From the NCBI GenBank assembly GCA_019423345.1, contig JAHZBN010000007.1:46911-110910 (forward strand): DNA of 64,000 nt, given 5' to 3'. Made by a program: the position numbers and the translations under genes. Positions 37,385 to 45,949 of the stretch are shown here, in pieces. A model generated the notes under the pieces. The model did not search any database and was not told where the DNA came from. It saw only the letters and a program-made list of their open reading frames with translations. Numbering within the stretch: position 1 is the first letter of the stretch; each line of letters opens with the position of its first letter. Origin of the DNA: Butyricimonas sp. GTDB lineage: Bacteria; Bacteroidota; Bacteroidia; Bacteroidales; Marinifilaceae.

Positions 37385-39172
37385 TTAGTCCAATTTCAGC
37401 ACCGCAAGGAACGCCTTCTGTGGAACTTCGACGTTACCGATTTGTTTCATTCGTTTCTTTCCTTTTTTCTGTTTTTCCAATAGTTTACGTTTACGGGAGA
37501 TATCACCACCGTAACATTTCGCAGTCACATCCTTGCGAACAGCCTTGATGGTTTCACGGGAAATAATCTTCGCACCGATTGCAGCTTGAATCGCAATATC
37601 GAATTGCTGACGGGGAATCAGTTCTTTCAACTTCTCGCAAATGCGTTTCCCGAAGGAATAAGCGTTATCAAAGTGGATCAAGGCAGACAGGGCGTCCACG
37701 GATTCACCATTCAGCAGTATATCCAATTTCACGAGGTTGGCTCTACGATAGCCAATTTGGAAATAGTCGAAAGAGGCATAGCCTTTTGTGATACTCTTCA
37801 GCTTGTCGTAGAAGTCAAACACGATTTCAGCCAGTGGCATCTCGTAGTTCAACTCGATCCGGTTTCCTGTCAGGTAGTGTTGCTTTATCAACACGCCTCG
37901 CTTGCCGAGACAAAGAGTCATAATTTGACCGATGTAGTCGGTGGGCGTGATGATTTGTGCTTTTATATAAGGCTCCTCGATATAGTCCAGCACGGTGGGG
38001 GCAGGCATATCGGAGGGGTTGTGCATTTCGAAAACTTCGCCTTTCGTGGTGTGGGCAATGTACATAACATTAGGGACCGTGGTAATCACGTTCATGTTGA
38101 ACTCCCGGTCCAAACGTTCCTGCACGATTTCCATGTGGAGCATCCCGAGGAACCCGCAACGGAATCCAAAGCCCAGGGCGGCTGAAGATTCAGGCTCGAA
38201 GGTCAGGGAAGCATCGTTTAGCTGTAATTTCTCGATGGAGGTACGCAGGTCCTCGTAATCCTCCGAATCAATCGGGTAGATTCCGGCAAAGACCATGGGT
38301 TTTACTTCCTCGAATCCCTCGATGGCGGCGGCGCATGGACGTTCCACGTGAGTGATGGTATCCCCGACTTTTACCTCGGATGAAGTTTTGATACCGGAAA
38401 TAATGTATCCTACATCCCCCGTTTTGAGTTCATTACGAGGTTCTTGTTCTAGGCGTAATACACCAATTTCATCTGCATCGTATTCTTTGCCCGTGCTCAC
38501 GAATTTCACGATATCACCTTTTTTCAAGCTACCGTTCATGATACGGCAATAGGTGATAATTCCGCGGAAAGAGTTGAATTCCGAGTCGAACACCAAAGCC
38601 TGAAGAGGAGCGTCGGGATCACCCGTGGGTGCGGGAATCCGTTCCACAACCGCTTCCAGTATTTTATCTACACCCAATCCGGTTTTTCCACTGGCTTCAA
38701 TAATATCGTCCCGGTCGCATCCGATCAGTTCTTCAATCTGGTCTTTCACTTCCTCCGGCATGGCATTGGGCATATCCATCTTGTTCAAGACGGGAATGAT
38801 CTCCAGGTTGTTGTCAATGGCAAGATAAAGGTTCGAGATGGTTTGTGCCTGAATTCCTTGCGTGGCATCGACAATCAGTAGCGCACCCTCGCAGGCTGCA
38901 ATGGAACGTGATACCTCGTACGAGAAGTCCACGTGTCCCGGGGTATCTATCAGGTTTAGAACATATTTCTCTCCCTTGTAATGATAATCCATCTGTATTG
39001 CGTGGCTCTTGATGGTGATACCTCGCTCTCGTTCCAGATCCATATCGTCAAGCACCTGTGCTTGTAAATCTTTCCCTACTACAGTTCCGGTCGTTTCCAG
39101 TAAACGGTCAGCAAGTGTACTCTTACCGTGGTCAATATGTGCGATTATACAGAAATTTCTAATGTTCTTCAT
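37385..39172 (-). CDS. lepA: elongation factor 4 (LepA)
   Basis: 595 aa. [34 protein letters not shown]-terminal LepA-specific region. Confidence 0.95.
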   Translation of the reverse strand: MKNIRNFCIIAHIDHGKSTLADRLLETTGTVVGKDLQAQVLDDMDLERERGITIKSHAIQMDYHYKGEKYVLNLIDTPGHVDFSYEVSRSIAACEGALLIVDATQGIQAQTISNLYLAIDNNLEIIPVLNKMDMPNAMPEEVKDQIEELIGCDRDDIIEASGKTGLGVDKILEAVVERIPAPTGDPDAPLQALVFDSEFNSFRGIITYCRIMNGSLKKGDIVKFVSTGKEYDADEIGVLRLEQEPRNELKTGDVGYIISGIKTSSEVKVGDTITHVERPCAAAIEGFEEVKPMVFAGIYPIDSEDYEDLRTSIEKLQLNDASLTFEPESSAALGFGFRCGFLGMLHMEIVQERLDREFNMNVITTVPNVMYIAHTTKGEVFEMHNPSDMPAPTVLDYIEEPYIKAQIITPTDYIGQIMTLCLGKRGVLIKQHYLTGNRIELNYEMPLAEIVFDFYDKLKSITKGYASFDYFQIGYRRANLVKLDILLNGESVDALSALIHFDNAYSFGKRICEKLKELIPRQQFDIAIQAAIGAKIISRETIKAVRKDVTAKCYGGDISRKRKLLEKQKKGKKRMKQIGNVEVPQKAFLAVLKLD

Positions 39173-39196
39173 CTACGAAATTTTAGATTTAGGCTG

Positions 39197-39204
39197 CAAA
39201 GATA
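39197..39204 (-). promoter_or_regulatory. -7 promoter box (TAnnTTTG) for lepA
   Basis: The minus strand reads tatctttg, about 25 nt upstream of the lepA ATG. Confidence 0.4.
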
Positions 39205-39261
39205 ATGATTTTCCGGAATTATTCATTTAGTAACCACTTCCATAGGGGAATAATAGGATAA

Positions 39262-39294
39262 AAATAACACCTCTCGTACGAAAGGCGTTATTTT
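39262..39294 (-). terminator. candidate terminator after pstS
   Basis: Minus strand aataacgcc…ggtgttatt stem (one G-U) followed by a U-rich run. Confidence 0.4.
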
Positions 39295-39327
39295 GTTTTA
39301 TGGATAAAAATTGAAGTGTATGCTTGA

Positions 39328-40389
39328 TTATTTCAACACGGATTGCCCGTTGTAAGTGACTGATTTTAGTAATGCTTTTGCATTCTTTACTGCCTTTTCC
39401 GGGAGCGGGGAGTAGTTTACTTTCGTGGTTAAGGCTTGGGCCTCTGCGTCCAGCATCCAGTTCAATAGTTTCAATGTTTCTTCGGCTTGGGCTTGATTTC
39501 TATCGGCATAGGCTTGCTCCTTGTACAGGATGATCCATGTGAAACAACTGATCGGATAGGCATCCGGGGCTGCCGAGTTGGTGATCATTGTACGGGTATC
39601 GGCGGGCATATCTCCTTTCGCCGCGGCTGAGATGCTTTCAGTGTTTGGGGTAATAAAGTTTCCGGCCGCATTTCTCATCTGGGCGAATTGGATTTTCATG
39701 GCAAAAGCATATTCGGAACCCACGTAACCGATGGAACCTTCAGTTTGACTGATTACTCCGGCAACGCCCGGGTTACCTTTAGCGGCCATACCTACCGGCC
39801 ATTTTAATGATTTTCCGGTTCCAATCTTCTCGGCCCATTCCGGACTTACTTTGGTCATGTAGTCACTGAACACGAAAGTGGTTCCACTGCCATCTGAACG
39901 ATAGACTGGACTCATGGCTTTGTCGGGTAAGTTCACGCCGGGATTGATGGCTGCAATACGACTGTCGTTCCATTTCGTGATTTTACCCAAGTAAATATCG
40001 GCGATAATGTCCCCGGTTAGTTTCAAGTTGTCTACTCCCGGAAGGTTGTACGCCACCACCACGGCTCCCATGCACGTCGGGATGTGAACTACCGTTGCGG
40101 GCATTTCGTTCATTTCTTTGTCGGATAGATAGGCGTCGGACCCTCCAAAATCTACGATTTTGTCTTTCAGGCTACGAATACCACCACCACTACCTATGCC
40201 CCCGTAGGTGATGGAGTTACCTGTTTTATCTTGATAGGTTTTGAATGCAAGGTTATAGAAGGGAAGAGGGAAGGTTGCCCCTGCTCCAGAGATGGATACT
40301 TTTTTAGCGGGACCGTTCACGTCATTTGTTGCGTTGCTGCTAAAAATGACAGCTAACATAAGAACTGTGGTTAAAAGTAAGTTTTTCAT
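39328..40389 (-). CDS. pstS: PstS-family phosphate-binding protein (no adjacent pstCAB)
   Basis: 353 aa. Signal peptide. GAGATFPLPFYN…GGIGSGGGIRSL…YRSDGSGTT. Confidence 0.8.
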   Translation of the reverse strand: MKNLLLTTVLMLAVIFSSNATNDVNGPAKKVSISGAGATFPLPFYNLAFKTYQDKTGNSITYGGIGSGGGIRSLKDKIVDFGGSDAYLSDKEMNEMPATVVHIPTCMGAVVVAYNLPGVDNLKLTGDIIADIYLGKITKWNDSRIAAINPGVNLPDKAMSPVYRSDGSGTTFVFSDYMTKVSPEWAEKIGTGKSLKWPVGMAAKGNPGVAGVISQTEGSIGYVGSEYAFAMKIQFAQMRNAAGNFITPNTESISAAAKGDMPADTRTMITNSAAPDAYPISCFTWIILYKEQAYADRNQAQAEETLKLLNWMLDAEAQALTTKVNYSPLPEKAVKNAKALLKSVTYNGQSVLK

Positions 40390-40557
40390 TTTCTATTCAT
40401 TTAAATAAATTGTTTTCTTTCTTTTTTGCGACTGCAAGTTCCGCTGATTATGTGAATCTAATGTTTCGAAACGGTTATTTTTTTGTTACGCGGTAGGGTG
40501 TAAGGGAGTGGTGGATTTGTTGATCCACAAGAGATGAGTGACGTTTGGAAGCTTGTA

Positions 40558-41751
40558 TTATGCCTTGGATTCTTTTGTCGGTAATATCAAGTTTAAAATG
40601 ACACCCAATAAGGCGGCAAGACCTATGCCGGACATGGAGAAATTACCCCATTCGAAGGCAGCCCCTCCAATACCGAAGGTTAGGATGAGAGAGACGATAA
40701 TCATGTTGCGGGTGTTGGAAAGATCAACTTTGTTCTGGATTAGATTGCTCATTCCTAAAGAGGCGATTGTTCCGAACAGGAGTAACATGATTCCACCCAA
40801 AACAGATGCAGGGATGGATTTTAACAAGGCGCTGATTTTGCCAAAAACAGAAAAAACGATTCCCGTTACAGCGGCAATCCGAATTACGGCAGGGTTTGTG
40901 ACCTTTGTTAAAGACACGGCTCCGGTAACTTCGGAATACGTGGTTACGGGAGGTCCCCCCACTAATCCTGCGAAAACGCAGGCAAGACCATCACCTAGTA
41001 GTGTACGATGTAAGCCGGGTTTTTTCACGAAATCTTTACCGGCAACACTGTTCACCGCATAGACATCCCCGATGTGTTCGATCACGGGAGCGATGGCTAC
41101 AGGAACCATATAGATAATGGCTGCCCAAGAGAAATCGGGTGTCACGAACTGGGGAAGGGCAAACCAGGCGGCTTCTTTGATCGGGGCAGTGTCCACGTTA
41201 TAGAATAAAAGTGCCACGAGATATCCGACAATGATTCCGCAGAATATAGGGATTAATTTTAACAGTCCCCTGCCTTTCAGAGAGACGATGACAGCAGTGA
41301 TTAGGGAGATAAGGGCCAATACCCAGTTCTCGCTTGCCATTTTTACCCCGGAGCCTGCCAGGGAAAGCCCGATTAATATGATTACCGGACCGATGACGAT
41401 CGGGGGAAATAGTTTCTTGATAAAGTCGGTGCCTCGTAATTTTACCAACAGGCTCATAAGTCCGTAGACCGCACCCACGGCAACCATTCCGGAGAGGGCT
41501 CCGGCCATACCGTACAATTCACTGGCTTTGATGATTGGGGCGATGAATGCGAAACTACTTCCGAGGAAGATGGGAACGATGCCTTTCGTCACAAGATGGA
41601 AAATTAATGTTCCGATTCCTGCTGTCAGAAGTGCTGTCGATGGATCCAAGCCTACGAGTAGGGGGACGAGTACTGTTGAACCGAAAGCAACGAAAAGAAA
41701 TTGTACCCCGATAACTCCTTTTTGGAAGGCTGAAAGGTGATTCGCATCCAT
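40558..41751 (-). CDS. uraA: NCS2-family uracil/xanthine permease
   Basis: 397 aa. Close to the UraA pattern (QFLFVAFGSTVLVPLL…GIGTLIFHLVTKGIVPIFLGSSFAFIAPI…LFPPIVIGPVIILIGL). Confidence 0.75.
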   Translation of the reverse strand: MDANHLSAFQKGVIGVQFLFVAFGSTVLVPLLVGLDPSTALLTAGIGTLIFHLVTKGIVPIFLGSSFAFIAPIIKASELYGMAGALSGMVAVGAVYGLMSLLVKLRGTDFIKKLFPPIVIGPVIILIGLSLAGSGVKMASENWVLALISLITAVIVSLKGRGLLKLIPIFCGIIVGYLVALLFYNVDTAPIKEAAWFALPQFVTPDFSWAAIIYMVPVAIAPVIEHIGDVYAVNSVAGKDFVKKPGLHRTLLGDGLACVFAGLVGGPPVTTYSEVTGAVSLTKVTNPAVIRIAAVTGIVFSVFGKISALLKSIPASVLGGIMLLLFGTIASLGMSNLIQNKVDLSNTRNMIIVSLILTFGIGGAAFEWGNFSMSGIGLAALLGVILNLILPTKESKA

Positions 41752-41785
41752 GATTATGTATATTCAGATGATTTGACAAACTGAA

Positions 41786-41793
41786 CAAAGGTA
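41786..41793 (-). promoter_or_regulatory. -7 promoter box for the permease gene
   Basis: The minus strand reads tacctttg, about 35 nt upstream of the ATG at 41751. Confidence 0.4.
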
Positions 41794-41824
41794 GTTATTT
41801 GGCGGTGATTTTCAAAAAAAGCCT

Positions 41825-41832
41825 TACTTTTG
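41825..41832 (+). promoter_or_regulatory. -7 promoter box for yicC-gmk-nadD
   Basis: tacttttg, 32 nt upstream of the ATG at 41864. Confidence 0.4.
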
Positions 41833-41863
41833 TGGTTAAATGTTTGTATTTAAAACAAGAGCT

Positions 41864-42742
41864 ATGATAAAATCAATGACCGGTTTCGGTAAAGCAACAG
41901 TGGACTGCGGGACAAAGAAAGTGATCGTGGAGGTAAAAAGTCTGAATTCAAAACAATTGGATATTAATTTGAGAACTCCAAGTATTTACAAAGAGAAGGA
42001 TATTGAGATCCGGAATATGATAAAGAACGTTCTGGAGCGCGGGAAGGTGGACGTGTATATCTATTTTGATAACGCGGAGGACGAGAAGGATGTTGCCGTA
42101 AACCAATCGGTTGTGAAACAGTATTACCACCAGATGCTGGAAGTTGCCGGGTCACTGGGTGTAGAAATCAACAAGAGCGAGTTATTGCAGACGATCATGC
42201 GTTTCCCCGATACGATGCAAGCCAAGATGGAGGAGTTAGATGAAGAAGGTTGGAATTGCTTGAAAAGTGCTATCGAGAAAGCGTTGGCGGACGTTGACGC
42301 TTTCCGTATTCAAGAGGGTAAAGTTTTGATTGCAGATATTTTGAAACGGATCGAGTTGATCAAAAGTTTATCTGGTGAAGTACCCCAATTCGAGAAACAA
42401 CGAGTGGTTACCATCAAGCAACGCTTGCAAGACAAGATGAAGGAGTGGGGAGAGATCAAAAATATTGACGAGAACAGGTTAGAGCAGGAAATTATCTATT
42501 ATTTGGAAAAACTGGATATCACGGAAGAGAAAGTTCGTTTGGCAAATCATTGTAAATATTTTGTCGAGACCGTGGAGAAAGAAGAGGCCCCGGGACGTAA
42601 ACTCGGATTCATCGCCCAGGAAATCGGTCGCGAAATCAATACCATGGGTTCCAAAGCCAATGATCACGACATTCAAAAACTGGTTGTCCGCATGAAAGAC
42701 GAACTGGAAAAAATAAAGGAACAAAGCCTCAATGTTTTGTAA
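41864..42742 (+). CDS. yicC: YicC/YloC-family protein
   Basis: MIKSMTGFGKA start, C-terminal GRKLGFIAQEIGREINTMGSKAND. The track's 41840 start adds 8 unlikely residues. Confidence 0.85.
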   Translation: MIKSMTGFGKATVDCGTKKVIVEVKSLNSKQLDINLRTPSIYKEKDIEIRNMIKNVLERGKVDVYIYFDNAEDEKDVAVNQSVVKQYYHQMLEVAGSLGVEINKSELLQTIMRFPDTMQAKMEELDEEGWNCLKSAIEKALADVDAFRIQEGKVLIADILKRIELIKSLSGEVPQFEKQRVVTIKQRLQDKMKEWGEIKNIDENRLEQEIIYYLEKLDITEEKVRLANHCKYFVETVEKEEAPGRKLGFIAQEIGREINTMGSKANDHDIQKLVVRMKDELEKIKEQSLNVL

Positions 42743-42819
42743 CTTGTTACAAAACATTGAAACTAAAAGATAAAAGCTAATAACTAAAAGTTGAAAATTG
42801 GAAAGAGTATTCGGTCTCA

Positions 42820-42854
42820 TTTTCAATTTTCAATTTTCAATTTTCAATTTTCAA
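42820..42854 (+). repeat. (ttttcaa)x5 perfect tandem heptamer
   Basis: Five exact units ending 5 nt before the gmk ATG. Translates as FQFSIFNFQFS in track ORF 42791. Confidence 0.9.
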
Positions 42855-42859
42855 TTGTT

Positions 42860-43420
42860 ATGGGTAAGGTAATCATATTTTCAGCCCCTAGCGGATCGGG
42901 GAAAAGTACGATCGTGAATTACTTGTTGGCGAAGGATTTCGGGTTGGAGTTTTCTGTGTCGGCAACGTGCAGGGCTCCCCGGGGAGAAGAGAAACATGGG
43001 AAAGAGTATTATTTCTTTTCAACAGATGAATTTAAAGAGAGAATTGAGGCGGGGGATTTCCTAGAGTGGGAAGAGGTTTATCCGGGATGTTTCTACGGGA
43101 CGTTGAAAAGTGAATTGGAACGAATTTGGAAGGCTGGTCATGCCGTGGTATTTGACGTGGATGTCGTTGGCGGGGTGAATATCAAGAAAATATTCGGAGA
43201 TCAGGCGTTATCAGTCTTTATTAAAGCTCCTTCCGTAGAGGTTTTGCGGCAACGGTTGATCGGGCGAGGTACGGATTCGATGGAGAAAATCGAGCAACGT
43301 GTGGCGAAGGCAGAGTATGAAATGACATTTGCCGATAAATTTGACGTGGTCATCGTGAATGACAACTTGGATACGGCTTTAGTCGAAGCGGAAAAGGCAG
43401 TAAAAGATTTTTTGAAATAA
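42860..43420 (+). CDS. gmk: guanylate kinase
   Basis: MGKVIIFSAPSGSGKSTIV P-loop, …ATCRAPRGEEKHGKEYYF. Confidence 0.9.
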   Translation: MGKVIIFSAPSGSGKSTIVNYLLAKDFGLEFSVSATCRAPRGEEKHGKEYYFFSTDEFKERIEAGDFLEWEEVYPGCFYGTLKSELERIWKAGHAVVFDVDVVGGVNIKKIFGDQALSVFIKAPSVEVLRQRLIGRGTDSMEKIEQRVAKAEYEMTFADKFDVVIVNDNLDTALVEAEKAVKDFLK

Positions 43421-43424
43421 TCGT

Positions 43425-44015
43425 ATGATGCTGGGTAAAGAAGAGGATAGAAAACCTATCGGGCTTTTTTTCGGATCGTTTAACCCGATTCATAATGGGC
43501 ACGTGGGGATTGCTCGCTACTTGTTGGAAAAAAAGCTATGTGCGGAAGTGTGGTTTGTGGTCAGTCCCTGTAATCCGTTTAAAGTGGATCGTTTTCTTTT
43601 GCCGGAAACGGATCGTTTTGCGATCGTGAGTGCCGCTATCCGGGGAATTCCCGGGATGAAAGCTTGTGATGTGGAGTTTTCTATGTCTAAACCTTCTTAC
43701 ACGGTCGATACCTTGCGAGTCCTGTTTGATCGGTATCCCGGTCGGCAGTTTGCTTTGATCATCGGGGAAGATAACGTACCGGATTTCCCGAAATGGAAGG
43801 ATTATCATTGGATCGAGGCACATTGTTCCATCTTTGTTTATCCCCGTCCGGGAATGGTGACTTCTGAAGAATCTCCGAGTATGACGTTCATCGATGCGCC
43901 TTTGTTTCCCTTGTCTGCTACCGAGATCCGGGAAATGATTCGAAAAGGAAATGATATTTCAAGTTTGGTTCCAAATGAGGCTTTATCGTTGATCTGGAAG
44001 TTGTATTCAAAATAA
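43425..44015 (+). CDS. nadD: nicotinate-nucleotide adenylyltransferase
   Basis: 196 aa. GLFFGSFNPIHNGHVGIA (HxGH motif), …SATEIRE. Confidence 0.9.
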   Translation: MMLGKEEDRKPIGLFFGSFNPIHNGHVGIARYLLEKKLCAEVWFVVSPCNPFKVDRFLLPETDRFAIVSAAIRGIPGMKACDVEFSMSKPSYTVDTLRVLFDRYPGRQFALIIGEDNVPDFPKWKDYHWIEAHCSIFVYPRPGMVTSEESPSMTFIDAPLFPLSATEIREMIRKGNDISSLVPNEALSLIWKLYSK

Positions 44016-44149
44016 GTGAGTTTGTTATGCGATGTAAAACAAAATTGGCAGAGATATTCCACATCTCATAACGTGCTCACTTATTTCACAGAACAATGCT
44101 TGTTGGAAAATTTGGATAGAAGAAGATCATGTTACCATGATGAACATCT

Positions 44150-44345
44150 TGCCAGCTTCACTTCCCGAAAGCTACATAAACAGTTACGTCTTGGCAGGTT
44201 TTCTGACTTGTTTCCTTTTCGTCGCCTTCCCATCCATGTACAGACAGTGGCAGTAGAGACTAAAGTTTCGAAACTTACAGCTGCGGGTACAGTTCCCGAC
44301 TCTCACGGGATTCCCTCGTAATGTCACGAAGAACATTACCTCTCC
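44150..44345 (-). promoter_or_regulatory. cobalamin (B12) riboswitch, with no recognisable downstream CDS
   Basis: The minus strand reads GAGGGAAUCCCGUGAGAGUCGGGAACUGUACCCGCAGCUGUAAG … CUGCCACUG … GAUGGGAAGGCGAC … AAGUCAGAAAACCUGCCAAG (B12 box at 44193-44208). Confidence 0.85.
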
Positions 44346-44355
44346 AATACGTTTA

Positions 44356-44363
44356 CAAACATA
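44356..44363 (-). promoter_or_regulatory. -7 promoter box driving the riboswitch
   Basis: The minus strand reads tatgtttg, about 10-15 nt upstream of the first aptamer helix. Confidence 0.45.
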
Positions 44364-44366
44364 GGG

Positions 44367-44405
44367 AAAATAATTGAAAATTGGAAATTGAAGATTGAAA
44401 ATTAT
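44367..44405 (-). repeat. ttttcaa-type repeat tract (minus-strand orientation)
   Basis: The plus strand reads aaaataattgaaaattggaaattgaagattgaaaatt. Lies directly upstream of the riboswitch -7 box. Confidence 0.6.
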
Positions 44406-44554
44406 TCTTTTTCATGGGGTTCGTGTTTTTTCGAATAATTATGAGATGTGTTGTATAATTATGCATGAAAAATAAAATGTAACATTCATATTTTAAGATG
44501 ATTGCAATTAAATTTGAGAATTCGAAAACGTTGTAAAAAGTCGAAAACAAGTTG

Positions 44555-44562
44555 TACTTTTG
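44555..44562 (+). promoter_or_regulatory. -7 promoter box for the YitT-family gene
   Basis: tacttttg, 51 nt upstream of the ATG at 44613. Confidence 0.4.
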
Positions 44563-44612
44563 TGCGGTTAAAAATAAGCGAAATTAATAACTAAAATAAA
44601 ATAAGTTGTAGT

Positions 44613-45524
44613 ATGGGATTTGTAACTAAGGAGAAATTGTTCTCCAAGGATTTCTTTATCACCTACGGATGGCTGTTGGGTGGTTGTTTTGTGTTTGCAT
44701 TAGGGGCTGTATTATTTGCCGAGCCTTACGGTTTTGCTCCTGGGGGAACATATGGTCTGTCTATGGTATTTCATCATTTGTGGGGGTGGGAGACTGAAAT
44801 TGCGGCCCTTTGTATGGATGTGCCTTTGTTGTTGTTGGGCATCTATTTCTTGGGAGGAATGTTTGGTGTGAAAACCATTATCTGTACGTTTGCTATTCCG
44901 GCGTTCATGCGCTTGATCCACTACGTTTACGGTTATGATGCTTTGTTGGAGCCGGGAATTACAGACCGAACGATGTTGAATGAGCAGTTGCTGTCGGCTA
45001 TTTTCGGGGGTATTGTTTATGGTATCGGTATCGGTATGATTTTCAAAGCACGGGCGACTTCCGGGGGATCGGATATTATTTCCATGATTTTGAACAAGTA
45101 CACTCATATTTCTTTAGGAACATTGGTAATTATCGTGGATTGCACGATTACTTTGTCAACGGTTGTAGCCTTCGGAGACTGGCGTTTGCCCATGTATTCT
45201 TGGATTATCGTGTTCATTGAAGGTAAGGTGATCGACTTGATTGTTGAAGGTGCTTCTGTTCACAAGACGTTGATGATCGTGACCAAGGAGATGGATACCG
45301 TGAAAAATATAATTTTGAACGATATTAACCGCGGAGCTACAATTTTACCAGCTATCGGGGCTTATAAAGGAGAGTCGCGTGAGATGATCTACACGATATT
45401 AACCCGTCGCGAGATGATGGTTTTACGTCACAAGATTCGTGAAATCGACCCAGAGGCTTTTATAAATGTTATTGATTCCAGAGAAATATTAGGGAAAGGA
45501 TTTAAGTCACTGGATGCAGAATAA
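44613..45524 (+). CDS. YitT-family membrane protein (DUF2179 C-terminus)
   Basis: 303 aa. Multi-TM N-terminus with GGTYGLSMV, C-terminal …ILTRREMMVLRHKIREIDPEAFINV. Confidence 0.8.
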   Translation: MGFVTKEKLFSKDFFITYGWLLGGCFVFALGAVLFAEPYGFAPGGTYGLSMVFHHLWGWETEIAALCMDVPLLLLGIYFLGGMFGVKTIICTFAIPAFMRLIHYVYGYDALLEPGITDRTMLNEQLLSAIFGGIVYGIGIGMIFKARATSGGSDIISMILNKYTHISLGTLVIIVDCTITLSTVVAFGDWRLPMYSWIIVFIEGKVIDLIVEGASVHKTLMIVTKEMDTVKNIILNDINRGATILPAIGAYKGESREMIYTILTRREMMVLRHKIREIDPEAFINVIDSREILGKGFKSLDAE

Positions 45525-45547
45525 AAAAGAGGCGAAAGCCTCTTTTT
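45525..45547 (+). terminator. rho-independent terminator
   Basis: aaaagaggc/gaaa/gcctctttt plus T-run, immediately after the stop at 45524. Confidence 0.75.
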
Positions 45548-45565
45548 ACAATGAATATATACACT

Positions 45566-45592
45566 AAAAAAGAGCCGTATGGCTCTTTTTTT
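45566..45592 (-). terminator. rho-independent terminator for the RND operon
   Basis: aaaaaagagcc/gtat/ggctcttttttt, abutting the stop of the 45591..45884 gene. Confidence 0.7.
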
Positions 45593-45884
45593 AATACATA
45601 TCCGTAATATCCCAGACAAATGCTCGGATACCGTTCTCTTTATTCACCTCGTCAAGATTCTTGACATATTTCAAGATCAGAGGAACCATTTCATCTTCCA
45701 CGATCGTCATGGTGGCGGAATTCATCTCCGGCCAAGTATGAGTTCCCATTCTGGGTTCTCCATCCACGGTTCCCGCTCCGTTGACCAGAGGCCATTGTGT
45801 GAATCCTCGTATTTGTAATTGATCAAGGATAAAAGCAACCCGTTCTGTTAGGGCTTGGTTATATGATATAAATACTGCTTTCAT
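45591..45884 (-). CDS. small P-II-like transporter-associated protein (resembles the PG0541 family as I recall it)
   Basis: 97 aa. Last gene of the RND operon. No TM segments. Confidence 0.5.
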   Translation of the reverse strand: MKAVFISYNQALTERVAFILDQLQIRGFTQWPLVNGAGTVDGEPRMGTHTWPEMNSATMTIVEDEMVPLILKYVKNLDEVNKENGIRAFVWDITDMY

Positions 45885-45900
45885 AGTGTTTTAGATTTTA

Positions 45901-45940
45901 GATTTTAGATTTACGATTCTGAAATCGTAAATCTAAAATC
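45901..45940. repeat. perfect 18-bp stem / 4-nt loop hairpin made of the tttagatttacgatt motif
   Basis: gattttagatttacgatt ctga aatcgtaaatctaaaatc. Two further tttagatt units lie at 45889-45903. Confidence 0.85.
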
Positions 45941-45949
45941 AAATATTAC

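Noticed and set aside
37579-39230. Several 60-200-aa plus-strand ORFs inside lepA, and similar antisense ORFs inside uraA (40538-41740), the RND pump (46004-48346), TolC (50437-51649) and the SusC/SusD genes
   Set aside because: All are nested antisense to long, strongly recognisable genes and lack family resemblance. They are typical shadow ORFs.
42820-42854. CRISPR array or other spacer-repeat structure for the ttttcaa and tttagattt repeats
   Set aside because: The units are 7-15 nt, contiguous or irregular, with no unique spacers of regular length and no cas genes.
42791-42859. N-terminal extension of gmk (MKIGKSIRSHFQFSIFNFQFSIV) and the analogous extension of the amidase (19348-19398)
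   Set aside because: The extensions are translations of the ttttcaa heptamer tract. The conserved protein cores begin at the internal ATGs (42860, 19399).
43838-44062. 74-aa minus-strand ORF downstream of the riboswitch
   Set aside because: It is the only ORF the riboswitch could control, but about 180 nt of it overlaps the nadD 3' end on the opposite strand and it has no recognisable family. Not called as a CDS; left as an open question in the riboswitch finding.
44016-44321. 101-aa plus-strand ORF immediately after nadD
   Set aside because: It lies exactly antisense over the cobalamin riboswitch aptamer and has odd composition and no start context. The RNA element explains the conservation-like structure.
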